Counted from the stretch's first letter, positions 12,766 to 26,309 are shown. The stretch: DNA of 64,000 nt from Lama glama (GCA_028534125.1 CM052818.1:11410001-11474000), one strand, 5' to 3'. Made by a program: numbers and translations. The notes: generated from the sequence alone by a model not told the origin.

Positions 12766-14089
12766 CCTGAGAAGCCTTTGGCTCCAGCCCATCAGTTTCC
12801 AATCTGCTTCTGATGATGGCTAGATTGCTCATAGCACTGGTCACACTGGACCAAAGAGAAGAGATCATGGGCACAGTGAGGAATGCCACCTCCAAGCAGA
12901 ATTCAAGTAGGCTTTAGAGATATCGATAGAAGAAAAAGCTCCTTTACCCACAGCATCTTAAAACTCCAGCACAAGCACTCATCATTTTCACTAATGTGCA
13001 ATTTCTCTCAAAGCTCTTTGGAGTTAGGGGGCTGCTTTGCCTACTGCGAGAAAGGCATCCACCAAGCTGAATTGGGCCCTCGGGCCTGCACCCAGCTTTC
13101 TCAGAAGCCAATACTGTTTAGATGGAGTCCTTCCATGCACATCTCCCAGGATGGTTTTAGACAGCCTATGAGTATACTTTATCTCCTTTAAAACAAGTAA
13201 CCTAGAAAATGAAATAACACATATTAGATTAAGCTCTGTCCCATTTGGCTAATTCAGAAGTTAATGGGAGGTCTCTCTCGGTCATTGGTATTGGCAGAGA
13301 CACATTTAGTGAAACTCTCGTGGGAACCTCACACAGGTACAGTAGCAGCTCTTACCCATAAATTAAGACTGGCATGTAAAGGCAGCTTTTTCCTCTCAAA
13401 GAGGGTGCCATTCAGGTTTCTCTTGACAGAGGCCCTGCTTGCCAAACGCCCCCCAAAACTACGAAGAAAAAGAGAGACAGGGCAGGGCAAAGAGATAAGG
13501 AGAGAGGCAGGTGTTGGAGGCGGTGGTGGTACAGAGTGTCATCTTTGGAATCAGAACACAGAGTGGAGAGAGAAGATGGGTCGGATCATGAACATACAAT
13601 GGTGGGGCCCACTGCGCATGAGGATTAGGGAAACAAACAATTAATTTCACCTCCTTGAACCATGTGCAGTACCAGCACATGGACCATTTATATTGGAGAT
13701 TTAATACAGAACACTGATCTATAATTGTTCCCTGACAAAAATGTTCACTTTAATAATAGTATAAGCATTTTAAAGAAATCAAGCTTGACTCTTTAATAAC
13801 TTAAATCCCAGTCTCTATTTTCAAGCAAATATATCCAGAATCAAATCATTCCCTGAAAACACATTCTGTCTAATCATTTCTATGATCTCCTTTTCTGCCA
13901 CAGAATTGATGAAGCTATTCCACCTGCCTGACACTTTTCCAGGAGTGAGGCCTCTCTGATAAAGAATAAAAAATGCAACGTCCTCCTCACCTCCCTCTCA
14001 AATGCACGCACCATGATGAGAAGGCAGTTCATATTGGGAACTGTCAAATCACTTTATGTCATATTTTTGTATTTGTATTTATAAATGGA

Positions 14090-15050
14090 GAAGGTCTGTA
14101 GTTTTTTTTATTGTATTATGTTACTATTTTTCTCTATTTTTGGTATCAGTAATGCTAGCATCATAAAATTAGGTAGTTTTCAATATTTTTCTATATTTAA
14201 GAATCATTTTAAATCAATCGGACTTTGAAGGTCCCAGGACTTATTTCAGTACTTATAATTTTAATTAACTGATTTTTTTATTGAAGTATAGTCAATTTGC
14301 AATGTTGTGTTTATTTTTGGTGTAGAGCAAGTACTTAGACTTTCAATACAATACATCACTTTTTAAAGTTGTATTTAGTTAGTTACTTAGTTTCATCTAC
14401 TGCTTTATTTCTTTCTAATTATTCTCAAACAATTTTGGTAATTTATATATTTTCCAAAATATTGAGGTTTTCAAACTTTGGAACACAAGTTTGCATGAGT
14501 CTGTTATGATTTTTATTGTCCTTGAATATATTCTTAATTTAATGCTCTCATTTCTAACTTTGCTTCTGGCTTCCCCTTTTATTAAACTGACAAGGTTTCA
14601 TTAATCAGTAAAATAATTTACAAAAACAAGTTAATAAATAATTTATTGTTATAGATGCTGTATATTCATATCTAAATACAATTTATATGATAAATATAAC
14701 TATTATATTATTTTACAAATAAAATTAAGTAGTCTTTCCTAATACCTAGAGATGATTAATCACTTTCACTATTTTTAGGTTTCTGATTCTCTCATTGTTT
14801 TTATCTTTATTATTCACTTCCTCATGGTTTAATTTCCAGAGTTTCACTTTTAATTCATTTATAGTTATATTTTTCTTTAGTTCCCCAAGGGAATGAAATA
14901 TTGAAGGCTACTACTTCACCTCTGAGTATAGCTTTGGCTGACTTATAAATTTTGATATATAGCATTCTCATATTTATTGTTTACTGAATCATGTACAGTT
15001 TTAAATTTTTCATGTTGTTTGAGCCATAAATTAGGTCCAATTGTCTAAAA
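14090..15050 (-). mobile_element. Old L1 (L1M-type) ORF2 fragment, highly decayed
   Basis: T-rich; ttttggtatcagtaatgctagcatcataaaat and cctctgagtatagctttggctg..ataaattttgatat resemble antisense L1 ORF2. Confidence 0.65.
14262..14329 (-). mobile_element. Very short 5'-truncated L1 3' end nested in the older L1
   Basis: tttttattgaagtatagtcaatttgcaatgttgtg is an antisense L1 tail; degenerate TSD agtacttataattt (14248-14261) / agtacttagacttt (14330-14343). Confidence 0.75.
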
Positions 15051-16139
15051 TTACAAAAGTAATCTTTTTTAAAAAGCACTATACAATAGCCAGAAGAGAA
15101 AATAACTATTTATTCTTAATCACATTGATTCCAGTTAAGAGGAGAGTATTTGTTACCATAATCTGCTACTTATTAGAACCTCAGTTTTTAATCAGGTAGT
15201 TTTTGTCTATATGCACATTGACACATTATCCTACTATGATTTTTCGGGAGTTTGGGACTAAGTTCTAGAGCACAGAAATTAAGAAACTAAGGACTTCAAA
15301 GAGAATTTTCTATGTATAATATTTTTACTAAAATTCCCAATGAAAACAAAAAAATGGACCAACAATTTTCACATATTGTTACAATAAAGAAGGGTAAGGG
15401 TGTTTTAAATAGAGGACTATAGAGAAGAGCAACAGAAAAAAGGAAAAGTGAAATGAAGGTCATTTATGCCCAAGTGATACAACATAGCTTCAAAATGAGT
15501 TCCTAATATATGAATTGCTATGTGTTTTACTTTGTTATTTTCTACCTTCCTCCCTCTTTTCTACGACTTCCTTTATTCCTTTTCTTCCTCCATCCCTATG
15601 CCCCCCACCCACTTCAATAGTGCTCACAGACCACTTTTAGTGAGGAGAGCTGACATCCTTCATTGGATTTGGGGTCTGATTTATGTAAAAGAATCAGCTG
15701 TATTCACCCACCTCCCACTCACAATCTGCCACTATTCTAGTCATCAGAAATAGAGTCTCCATCATTCCCTAAATGGAATGGAGTCTCTCCTTTTCTCAGC
15801 ATAATTTCCCCGTCTTAACAGCATGGCCACAGTCCAACTAGGAAGCAGGTTATCTCCCTCCCACCCCACTTGGGGATGATTGTTATAAAATACTGAAAGT
15901 TAGTGCAAAACATTGAAACTGCCTAAAACATCCTGGAAGGAACATTAAACAATAACTTAGTGAAAGGAAATGGTCTAACTGCAATAGGCCAGGGAGTCAA
16001 ATGCCTGTTAGGCACAAAACTCCAATGAAAGCAAAGCGGAGGGTTGACTGAAAAGCAGGAAGCTGGTCCTACAGCCTATTCAACCCCAGGACCCCAGCAC
16101 TGGCCGGCATCTCACCAAGCAGCCTCGTGGATGGGTAAC

Positions 16140-16250
16140 GAACTCCATTTCACAAATGGAGACTATGAGCATTAGACAGATAAAATGACTTTCCCAGAAG
16201 TTAGAGCTGTGATTTGTGTCCAGGACTTCAGATCACAGCCCTACTGCATC
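16140..16250 (-). mobile_element. MIR SINE fragment
   Basis: ccatttcacaaatggagactatgagcattagacagataaaatgactttccca. Confidence 0.65.
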
Positions 16251-17299
16251 TCAGGTACATCTGCCACCTTTTTAGAATCAGCTCCACCAGAAAAGATCTA
16301 TTTCCTGGCCCTATGTGCAGATGTCTAGACCTCTGGTCTAACTGCTGCAGACTCTGGAATGTTCTCTCTCCCTATTTCACACCCTGTGTCTAAATTCCAC
16401 ACATTCTTCAGGGAGGAGGCCAAGTCTCATCTCTGCCACATGTCTTTCCATGTGATTTCAGCCTCCCCTACTCTTCCCTCGCTGAGGTTGACTTAGCAAT
16501 GAACCATGCTTTGGCTTATGACTGTAAGTGGCTTGAGGGCAGGTGCTGTGGGGTTCAGAGTGGATATAGTGGATACAGAGCACCAGTGGAGCGGTATGCC
16601 ACAAATCCCAGGTTTTAGTTACTGAAGAGCAACATGTGAGGAAAAAAGAGAACACTGAAAACAAGAGAAACCAAGAAGTCAGTCAACTGCAATCTGTCAA
16701 CTGAGACAGCCCATCAGTTAGGAATGCCTACGAAACTGATCAGGGCAAATATTCCAAGACACTCTCTTCCCTTAAGAATTCACTTCCAATAAATCACTCT
16801 CTATATAAAATTCCAGTACTTACCATTGTATCTTTACCTCACACAGATGCATTGCCTAATGTCAACAAAAACTGCCCTAAATGGTTATTCTAAGTATCTA
16901 GTACTTTGTCAATAATTAGGTGGGTTTTGAGGATTTAACCTGAAATTTTTATTAGGATCTGAATCTTACTTTCAGATGCTTTTTTCATGGTACTCTGAAT
17001 TTTCCAACTTTATGTGCATATTTTAATCAATATTTTAACACTTTACATAATGTTTGAGAGACTGCATCATTTTTCCAATTTTCCCCCAGAAGACAATGAC
17101 AGTTTTTCTTGCACTTTTAAAGTATCCACAAAATACATTAGTTATATTAGATATTGAGTTTATTTCCTTTCTCAGTAAATAAAAGAGAAAAAATTTCTCC
17201 AATTTTCTAAAAATTGCAATTGTCACACAGGCACAACCAAACAGGTCCAAAATTTACACAGCACTAAGAGATCCGGCCCTGTGTTTGCACGCCCAACCT

Positions 17300-18030
17300 A
17301 CCCCAAACTTTATTCTACTGTGATATGTGAGAAAATTCTGACATCTTTCTAATTTGTATTGTTCTCCTTCCATGTCTGTGCCTAGTTAGTAGGCAGGAAA
17401 TCTAATTCCCTAGGAAGCATATTATCTGAAACTTACAATCTGTATATGCCACAATGTTTAATTTTTTTTCTAAGTTTCCCCTCATCCTTTCTGTCGATAC
17501 CTATTTTTAAAAGTCATTATTGCCTTCCAGCTGTCCAAATTTTCATCTCATTTTTCTCTTAAAAACTGACTTAAAGCAGGAGGTCAATATCTCAGCCATC
17601 ATTAATTTCATGCCCTCCTCTTCTCATTTATTCACTGGTCTTTTTTCTGTAGAGGATCCCCCCCCACTTTTTTTTCCCCTTGATACGTTTATAAAAGGTC
17701 TCTTTACTCCACCTAACCTCTTTTACTAGCTGTATCTCATTTCCCACTTTTGCGCACCTTATCTTTTCTTTGCTAACTTTAAGTTGTTCTGCCTATTTTT
17801 ATACAGTTCCTGCCTCTTCCACTCCCAGGGCAATTGTCCTGTTACACATGGATCTCGAGCAGCCCTTGGGGATGGCAGACTGTATTTTTACTGGAATTCT
17901 AGAGGCAGAGGGGCCCTGCTTCCCCCGTGCTCTGCCCGGTTCTCTCACTGCCACAGACGGAGAGAGGCTTCTGAGCTCTAATTGTATTGTCTTGGGCTAC
18001 TTCTCACCTATCTCCAATTATGAATCTTAA
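17300..18030 (-). mobile_element. CR1/L3 LINE ORF2 fossil (region between EN and RT)
   Basis: Minus strand 17771-17673 translates KEKIRCAKVGNEIQLVKEVRWSKETFYKRIKGK and 17599-17552 MAEILTSCFKSVFKRK, matching CR1 motifs IRKAKAQNELQLARDVKGNKK.FYKYI and KAEVLNAFFASVF. Confidence 0.75.
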
Positions 18031-18564
18031 TACTTACTCCCATTGTATCATACATATTAGATTTCCTCCCAATGTGTTTTTCAACTAGGAATAGTACCTT
18101 GTAGGGTTGTTATCAATGATCACATTTCTAAATAGGCAGTGGAGAGAATGAAAATGATTTACTCTATTAGGGTGAGGTCATTTGCATACTGTTAAGTGAT
18201 TTGCATGCTGTGTTTCGGCGGCTTCCCTAGGTTCCTCCCTTCCTAACAAAGTGTAGCTTATTTTGCTCACTATAAAACTGTCCTTTATTTTCCTCTCTCA
18301 CACCACCCTCTCCCACTGGAGAATAACACCCACTAACACAAGCGTGACATTGCAAGGTAGTCTCTATCTTCTGAGCTAATGTTCTCTTTGGCATAATTCA
18401 TCATCCCCTCTGATTTTTCAGGGATGGTGACAATGGTGACTCCCCTAATATCTGAATGAAGTCCTCCATAAATATTTTGCTGAGTGATTGATATCTCCTC
18501 TAGTTATTTTTCTCACACCTCTTCCCCTCCGAATATAACAGATGGGATTCCAACATCAGAAGCA

Positions 18565-18780
18565 GATGCTGTGGAAAAAGTATCAGGAGCCCAGAAGCCC
18601 TCGTTCCAGCCCCAGCTCTCCCGTTAACTACCTCTGCGATCTCCTCAAGTCACTTAACCTCTCTGGGCCTTCATTTCCGTGTCTGTAAATTGGAGATGAA
18701 AATACCTTCTTCAGAGACATACTAAGGTGATCAGAAAAGATACATTTATAAAAGTGTTTCCTAATATAAAGTAGTTTGAT
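18565..18780 (+). mobile_element. MIR SINE
   Basis: caagtcacttaacctctctgggccttcatttccgtgtctgtaaattggagatgaaaatacc. Confidence 0.9.
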
Positions 18781-20299
18781 ACTTGGAATTTTGATACCTC
18801 TTAGCTAAACCATATAGACTTTTCAAAATCGGATGAAATATAAATTATTTGTTTCACCCACTCCCACTCCCACCTTCTTAGCTTTGTATAGTTACAAACA
18901 AACAAGCACACTTCTAGGAAGGTCAGTTACATTTTGAGAAATTTCGAATGGCTAACTGTTCAAACACTGAACAAAAGGATGATTTTAACCACTCCCACCT
19001 CCATCCTCTTCCAAGTCTCATTAGCAACCACATTCTCCACCTTTATTTATATAACTTACGCGGGACCCTGCAGGGAGAAGCGGGGCTCTTGTTTGATTTT
19101 TGACTGAGCCTCATTCATTGAAGTAAGGTGTCAGGGCTGCCTGTGGATCTGGAAAGCATTTGGGAAGTAAGAAGCAGACAAATGTAAATCTTTTAAACCC
19201 CTGTGATAAGCAAACTCTCCTCAGTTCAACATATAAATATAAACACTAAATCAAATCAGATGCTTATACATTTTTTAATCCCATCATAAAACATTTTGTT
19301 TTGACAGCTTGGTAATGTAAAGTAAAAACACCGACAGCCAAAAGAATCAGCATCTTTGCCTGCTACTACCTGAAAGTCTTTCCTGTATATAAATAGAAAA
19401 AAAAAAAAAAAGTATGTTTATGTAAAGGGAAACACTGATTTACTAGAACTGATTGCTTCATAGTCTAATTACTTTTCAACTGGCTGTTCCAAATTAAGAT
19501 GTCATTGATGGCTTTTGGTGATATATTTCATTTTAAGCAAATTTATTCTATAATAGAGCACATCATAATGGAAAGCAGAGTTCCCACTCTTCCCTCCTCT
19601 TTGTAGCCTGATATCTTGACAAGTAAATTAAATTTAGCAGTTAAAATGCTTCCATTAGTAATTTTATTAAGTTAATTAAAGAATCTCTCTTTCTGAATTT
19701 TAACTACCTTCCTTTCAGAACAATGTTGATATCTTTTTTTTTCTTTTTCTAATTTCATGTATTTAGACACTGTGATATATTCTAGGACCAATCAACAACT
19801 CTATCAGTATCACATTTCTATGGGCAAGATGCTACCAAGCAAGTCAAGGAAGAAAAAAAAAAACAACCCTCCAAAGTCTAAAAGAGATGATCTGCTTCAT
19901 ATCACAGAAGAACTGGGGTTTTAATATCTTAAAAGAGGGAGGAAGAGAAAAAGGGGGAGAGAAAATATATTTTTTAGGGTATTTGTGTTCCTAGGAAAAA
20001 GCAGAACTAACCAGTGTCTCCATACATAAAGGGTAAATCATAAATAGTTCAAGTAGTGTTTAGTTCATAGATGGAAATAGAAAAACTTACTCTTTTTTCT
20101 TACTCAGTAAGTGTTCAAGTAGTTCTGAGCAAGATTCTGCAGCTGGAGAAGCACAAGTTAAATGAAATCTTGGGCCCTCTCCAGGGTATGGTATTTTGAA
20201 AGAAACCAAATATTTCTAAGAGATTTAGAGCAAAAAGAGCTGTCTCATTGACCATTGCCCTTTCATGTGGTTGGTGTTCCTAAACTCAGGAATTACAGA

Positions 20300-20670
20300 A
20301 GGCATTTTTAGAACTGGAAGGGAATGTAGAGAAAATGTTATCTTATCCTACGTGAAAGGTAAGGAAACTGAGGGCCTTGGATTAGTATCATCGCCACCAC
20401 CAATAATCATAACAGCAACTATAACAAAGGTGGCTACTATTTATTGAACTCATCACTGTGAAGCTGCATATGCATTATCTCGTTAAAAAGCCCCATGAAG
20501 GGATCCTCTGAATGTCCCAACTTTATAGATAAGAGAAAAAATGCCTAACAAAGATTAAGTAACTTGTGCAAAATCTGTATATGACTCCAAAGTCCCACAT
20601 CTGTAACTTGTTCACATCACTACCTTAGATGAACGACTTGGGATCATACAACTAGTCAGTGCTTTCTCCA
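20300..20670 (-). mobile_element. MIR SINE fragments (two, possibly nested)
   Basis: aggtaaggaaactgaggg at 20358 and tatttattgaac..gcattatctc..ctttatagataagag..gattaagtaacttgtgcaaa. Confidence 0.7.
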
Positions 20671-21544
20671 GAGTTAAAGCTCAGGACACCTGCTTCCCTT
20701 GTAAAGAGCTCGGCTCTTTACAAATTAGTCCATATAAGGAGAACTGGAAATCCAGTGGTTGGGGCTGAGACGTGGGCACTGAGAAGACACTATGATTTAT
20801 TTTAAAAGGAACCTCATGGCCAAGGTGCCTGGTGGAATATTTGCTTTACGGGTAAAATGTTATCAACGTCTGTGTCCATGTGTTCAGACCCAAAGTGACG
20901 TTTCATTTAAAAATAGGGAGTCCACCTTTTACTCATTCATTGAAGAAACAGAGATCTAAGAATACAGTCCATGGCAATTACTATTAACACCTCCCGTCTT
21001 ATCTCATTTTCTAACACCCTCTACCCGCCCCCACTGGCCATTGACCTTGAATAGCCCACTCTGAGAGCTTGAATGCTTCCTGCTCAAACCCCATCATCCC
21101 TCTCCAAGGCACTCCTTCCACCTCCTAAAATCCTCATGCTACATCCTTGCTGAGTACAGTTGTTCACATTCACCCCTCAGATACCACCCCACCCACTTCT
21201 GCCCTTTTCCTTTGCGGGACTGAAAGCCTTTCATAGTCATGTTCCAAGTTTACTGCTTTTCTCATGAGAATAGCATGGCTTTTTTTCTTTCTATCCTTTC
21301 CCCATTCTTCAGATTCTGTTTCAAAAAAAAAAAAAAAAAGCCTAAGAACAGAATCTGGCAACTCATAGATGCTTCCTGACAGAACAGAATAGATGAAGCC
21401 ACTAAACCATTTGATAGTTCAGATGGGAGAAAAGACTGAGAACACTTCATTCATATATATGTATCCCTTCCCTCCTTTTTCACACCGGGAAAAGCTAAAA
21501 TGCAAATGTCTACCCCAGATGATCTTTGTATATTCTGGAGGGCC

Positions 21545-21650
21545 CACCCCTCCCCTCCCTCCCTCTCTCCCTGCCTCCCTCCCTTCCTTCCTTCCCTTCT
21601 TCCTTCCCTCCATCCCCTCTTTTCTTTCCTTCCTTCCTTTCTTCCTTCCC
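21545..21650. repeat. (CCTT/CCCT)n polypyrimidine tract
   Basis: Direct reading; explains the low-complexity ORFs here. Confidence 0.95.
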
Positions 21651-23819
21651 AACATCAAAATAAACAAGGACTGACAACTTTATTGCCCTTTGCCCTTGAT
21701 TTGATCCCTTGTCATCCTGGATATAGGTTTTCAAGTTGGCACTCCACAATTTCTGAAGCACAAGAAATTGGCAAATGTTCCTGGGAGTTTTTGTGAAGGA
21801 TGCTTCCTTTATTAAGCATACCTCTCCCCCAAAATGATGTCTTTAGAAAGAATCTAGCACTCTGCAATATCACTATAATTAATAGCTAGACAGACAGACC
21901 CAGAGGAAAAAGAGACTGGATCACCCAATATGTTTTTCGAATTAGAAATGGCCCTCCCTGCCCTGCCCCTTAACTGAGAAAGCCTGGAAGCACATCTTCT
22001 GTATACCTGACCACAGAGCAAACATGTTTTCATTAGAAATTTACCTCTTACTCCTTGATGTCCTGCCAGTCATATTGTATCTATTCTTTGGTGAGGACCT
22101 TTTTCAATTATTTTGAAGATCTTCTTGCTTTTTATGTGGAGTTCAAGTCCAGTAGTGAAATCTGTTTCATATTTATAATCAGTTTTCAGCTCTGGAAGGA
22201 GCCCAAATTGGTAAGTCCCTGTGAGTGAAAAAGGGGGAAAAAATCAATTTAATTAGGCAATCTGAGCTTATAGAAGATGAGCAAAGATAACTCAAAGGGG
22301 AAAGATCTGCAAAAATCAACATTATGTCCTCTCCTCCCACCCTAGTCATGCTGACCCAGCTTTCAACCTGGAAAGTGGTCAATTAAATGTACAGAACCAC
22401 AAAAGAGCCATTGGGATTGTGAAATTATGTGGCAAAATCCCTATTATTTGTCTCATGAAAAGAAAAATGAGCGATTTTAAAATAAAATACCAGAGAAAAG
22501 ATGTAACAAGTTTGATGTAGTCAACAGAGTCGGCCACAGTTGTGAAAGATTCGATAAGCTTCTTCTTACTTGTCCTTCACCCTGGAGGCTTCTGAAGAGG
22601 CCTGAATATCTGGCTTATAGTGAGTGATGCTACTTGAAATGAAAAGCAAGGAGATTGCAAATCGCTCTTCTGCACAGGCTTGGAATAAGCTACTGCACGG
22701 CTGATGGACAGATTCAGGTATTTAAGTGAGTGTGATTTCCAAGCAACAATTTCTAAACCTTACATTGTCGTTGACCTCCATCACATGATTGGACATGTTT
22801 ACGAAGGCACACGCAGTAGAATGGAATACACTTGAGAAAAATACTGAAGTCATTTTCCAACACCACAGCAGTTTTACTGCAAAATGAAGCCATGTTACCC
22901 CCATCACCAATAAGGTCCACCTTTGCACCGTTCTTCTGCTTAATGGTCTGAGTCCATTCTATCAGAGGAACTTTCTGTTTCAGGAATCCAGCTATGGATT
23001 TGGTTGGAAGAAACCAAATGAGGTAGATAATCTGATATGTGTGCTCAGTAAGGCTAAGTAAACCAAGAAAGGATGTGAAGAAATGGTACAAGACTATACT
23101 TTGTCTTCCATTTTTCCTCTCTCATCTTTTCTTCTTAAAGTAAAAGATACCAGGAGAGTAAAAACCATCCCCAAATAATTATTTTCCCTGTTATCTGATT
23201 GGCCAGAAAGCGAAAGCAAATCACCCAATTAGCAGACTTTTAAATCAAACACAATTAACTGTACATTGAAATATATGTTCAACAATTGCATGTTCTATTA
23301 AATAGCTAAAAGCAATTGAAAACCTCAACTGCACACTGAAGCTGCCCCAAGGTCCAAGATAGTCGCTTCCTTGAAAATTAAAAGCAGAAATTTTTGTTGT
23401 CTAGTAGGCACTCCTAAAAAGCTTTACTATTAATTCAATCAAATATTTGCACTAAATCTTTTCTTAAATTGTAAGAGAGAAAAATAAAATAATACTAAAA
23501 AGGCAAAGACTATTTTTCACAGTCACTAACTAGGGCAATGGTTTTCCCTGGTCCAGCCTCACTTTCTCTCTAAATTCTATCAGAATCATTTCTGGGGACT
23601 CCCATTTCATCTATTCCTTAGTTATATTCTGTGATACATTCCATACATATATGCAGTTTTACTTAGGCCAGTTGAAGCTATTTCCATTTGACCCATTGGT
23701 GAGAAAATAGTGTTGATAACAGCCATTAGTTAGCACAGCTATCTGCAAGTACAGCCATTCCAATGGCTGGCAACCTAGTGGTGAAATTTTTCACATTCCA
23801 CCAAACTGTATAATGACTT

Positions 23820-23970
23820 ACATACACATCTATTAGACTATAAGATACTCCAAGGCGGAGACCATTTTATGCATCTTTAAATCATTATACCATTTGCCAT
23901 AATACTGGGCATATTGGTCTTAAATGGTTCTGTCATTTCTTAATGGAAATAACAGAATGAATGAACGAAG
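23820..23970 (+). mobile_element. L2 LINE 3' end
   Basis: ctattagactataagatactccaaggcggagacc...ataatactgggcatattgg...gaatgaatgaa. Confidence 0.7.
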
Positions 23971-24869
23971 CAGGGAATTAATATTTAAATATAGACAATG
24001 ATTATTTGTGTTTTAGTCACCCTATACTGAGAACTGTCTGGAGGAGTTTTCATGGAGTGACAGAGAAGCTTGGCTGACTATTATTGGAGAACACGTTGAC
24101 TGTTTGTTGGATGGAGATAGTTCACCAAGGAAGCAGATTTTGACCCTTCAAGAACTTCAATGTGATGATGAGCTTATGACAGTTCTAAAAGCCAACATAC
24201 GGTCGGTGGCCAGATTGTGGTTCTGGACTGAGAGGCTTCCATTTGGAAGGCAGACAAGCATTTGAATTATGGGTCTAATGAAAGTGTCAATAGCAATTCT
24301 GTTACTGGAGGAGCTGTAAAACCCTGCTTAATGAACTAGGCAGGGACACAAAAACACAATGGTCTAAAATGTACTGTATGAGAAAATGATAATTAGCCCA
24401 GATTTCATGTACAAGATAAAATGCAGAGGGATGATATTACCACTGAGCAGTATTATAGCTCTTTAGGGGACTGTTTTGTTAACAGGGTTTGGCTCAGCCT
24501 TTCTGATCCTCCTTGTATACATGAAGATGTACTACCCAATCGTGAGCTGTGAGTTGGGGAAGGATGTCAGATGGCAAAATTCCTATCATAGACGCTGACA
24601 AATGTTAATGACAAAAAAAAAAAAGGGTCTTGGCCTCAGTAAGGGTTCGTTCTTATTTAGGAGCTTTATGTAACACAGATGAGAAGCCACATGGCTTCCC
24701 CCACAAGAGGAATGGGGGTGAAAGGGAAACTCATTCTCTAACCTTGAAGTCTACTTTCCTAGACCACTGAACATCAACCAGCAAAGTAAGGCAAGATGAG
24801 GCTGGATCTGGAGTGGGCAACAGCTACTTACTTACACCCTAAGAGTCAGGGAGATACTGAGGCAGCCCC

Positions 24870-24966
24870 GAGTACAGAAGAGAGCAGTGAACTTGGAGTC
24901 AGGGCGCTGGGACTCCAGTCTTAGCTCTGAGTTTGAACTTTCTCATCTCTTAAAAAGGTGAATTAG
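24870..24966 (+). mobile_element. MIR fragment, target of the L1 insertion
   Basis: agagagcagtgaacttggagtcagggcgctgggactccagtcttagctctg..tttctcatctcttaaaa. Confidence 0.75.
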
Positions 24967-26309
24967 GGAGAGAAGCAAGATGGTGGAGTAGAAGGACGCT
25001 TGTAGCTCACCCTCTCCCACAAACACACCAAGAATCACATCTGTGGACCTACTCAGCCAACCAGAGCACCTGCCGAACTCCCACAGAACATCATCCACTT
25101 TAAAAGACAAAGACACCAAAAACCTGGTAGGAGAAAAGGAAGAAAGAAAGAAGAAAAAGCAAAACAATGCGAGACTGATCCCGCAGGGAGGGAGCGGCAA
25201 AGGAGGACTGGTGCTCGTTCACTGGGTCTCCCCTCTCCAACAGAGGGGCCAGCGGGACGGAGGGGGAGCCTCCAAGGCTCAGATCTGCCCCGAGCACCCC
25301 TTGACCGACAGAACTGAGTTAAACAGGCACAAAGGGTCCCCGTGACACCCAGCCCAAGACGTGAGCTGGCAGCTGGGGCTGGGACAGGCCACCTGAGCCA
25401 GGCGGAGGACTGGGGTGGCTGCACTGAGGCAGTCCCTAGGGACTGCAGGGGGCTGTGCGCTGTGGCTGGGAGGGGATACGGAGCAGAACAACCTCAGTCC
25501 CCCATAAATTGCAAAAAAAGCAAAGCAACACAGCTCGTATGCCCTGGGGGGAGGGGTGCCATAGCCTGTATCTCCTCAGACCGCCATTACTGGCGCTTCT
25601 CGTGAGAAGAGATGCGGGGCTCAGCCACAGCCACCATCTCCTCCTGTGCGCAGCGCCTGGGTGGGAGCAGGGCCGAGACCTGAATCCGCACCCGGGGGCT
25701 CTGCAACCTCCTAGGCAGGACTGAGACTTGTTTACAGCCTGAGGCAGATAGGATTTTCTGCCCTGGCACCTCAGAGAACTTGCACCGTCAAGACAAACAA
25801 GGAGCTGAGATTTGGCATGGAGCAGGGGTGGGGCCATTCCGCCGTCTTCCTTGAGCCTGCTGTCAGAGCGTCGACCCGAGGTGGAGCGGGCAGCTGCACA
25901 GAGCAGCAGAGCAACCAGCACCAGGAAAGGGTGGGTGGCCACCCCATTTCCTGGCAGGAACGCAGTACCTGACCACGGTGCTGGGAGGGAGCACGATCTG
26001 CCCACCTGCTTCCCCCAGAGTGCAGCATCTGACTGCGGCATTGGGAGGGGGAGTGATCCGCCCACCCACCGGGTAAGAGCTCAGCTCCTGACCCAGTGTT
26101 AGGAGGGGGCGCGATCTGCTAGCCAACAGCCACTGGGAGCAGCACAGACGAGGGCGCCAACAGAGGGCCTCTGGAAACAGCAAGCTGAGTTCGTGAAACA
26201 GGGCAAAGACATAAAGACCTCCCAATAAAATCATTAAGAGCACACCGTCTCCAGGAGAACTAGATAACTGACACTCCTTAATCCACAGTGCCAGAGAGAT
26301 ATAAGCAAT
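24967..26309 (+). promoter_or_regulatory. L1 5'UTR internal promoter, GC/CpG-rich
   Basis: YY1-type motif caagatggtgg at 24976-24986 (CpG-decayed CAAGATGGCGG); many CpGs; ~60-bp periodic units at 25983, 26043 and 26101. Confidence 0.8.

Noticed and set aside
22560..22660. Possible short minus-strand exon (ITHYKPDIQASSEASRVKD, polypyrimidine-AG to GTAAG)
   Set aside because: The peptide is not recognised and there are no partner exons; such site pairs arise by chance. It would need RNA-seq or conservation support.
25436..26065. 209-aa antisense ORF in the L1 5'UTR as an ORF0-like gene
   Set aside because: It starts at GTG, lies in GC-rich stop-poor sequence where many overlapping ORFs occur, and has no recognisable domain.
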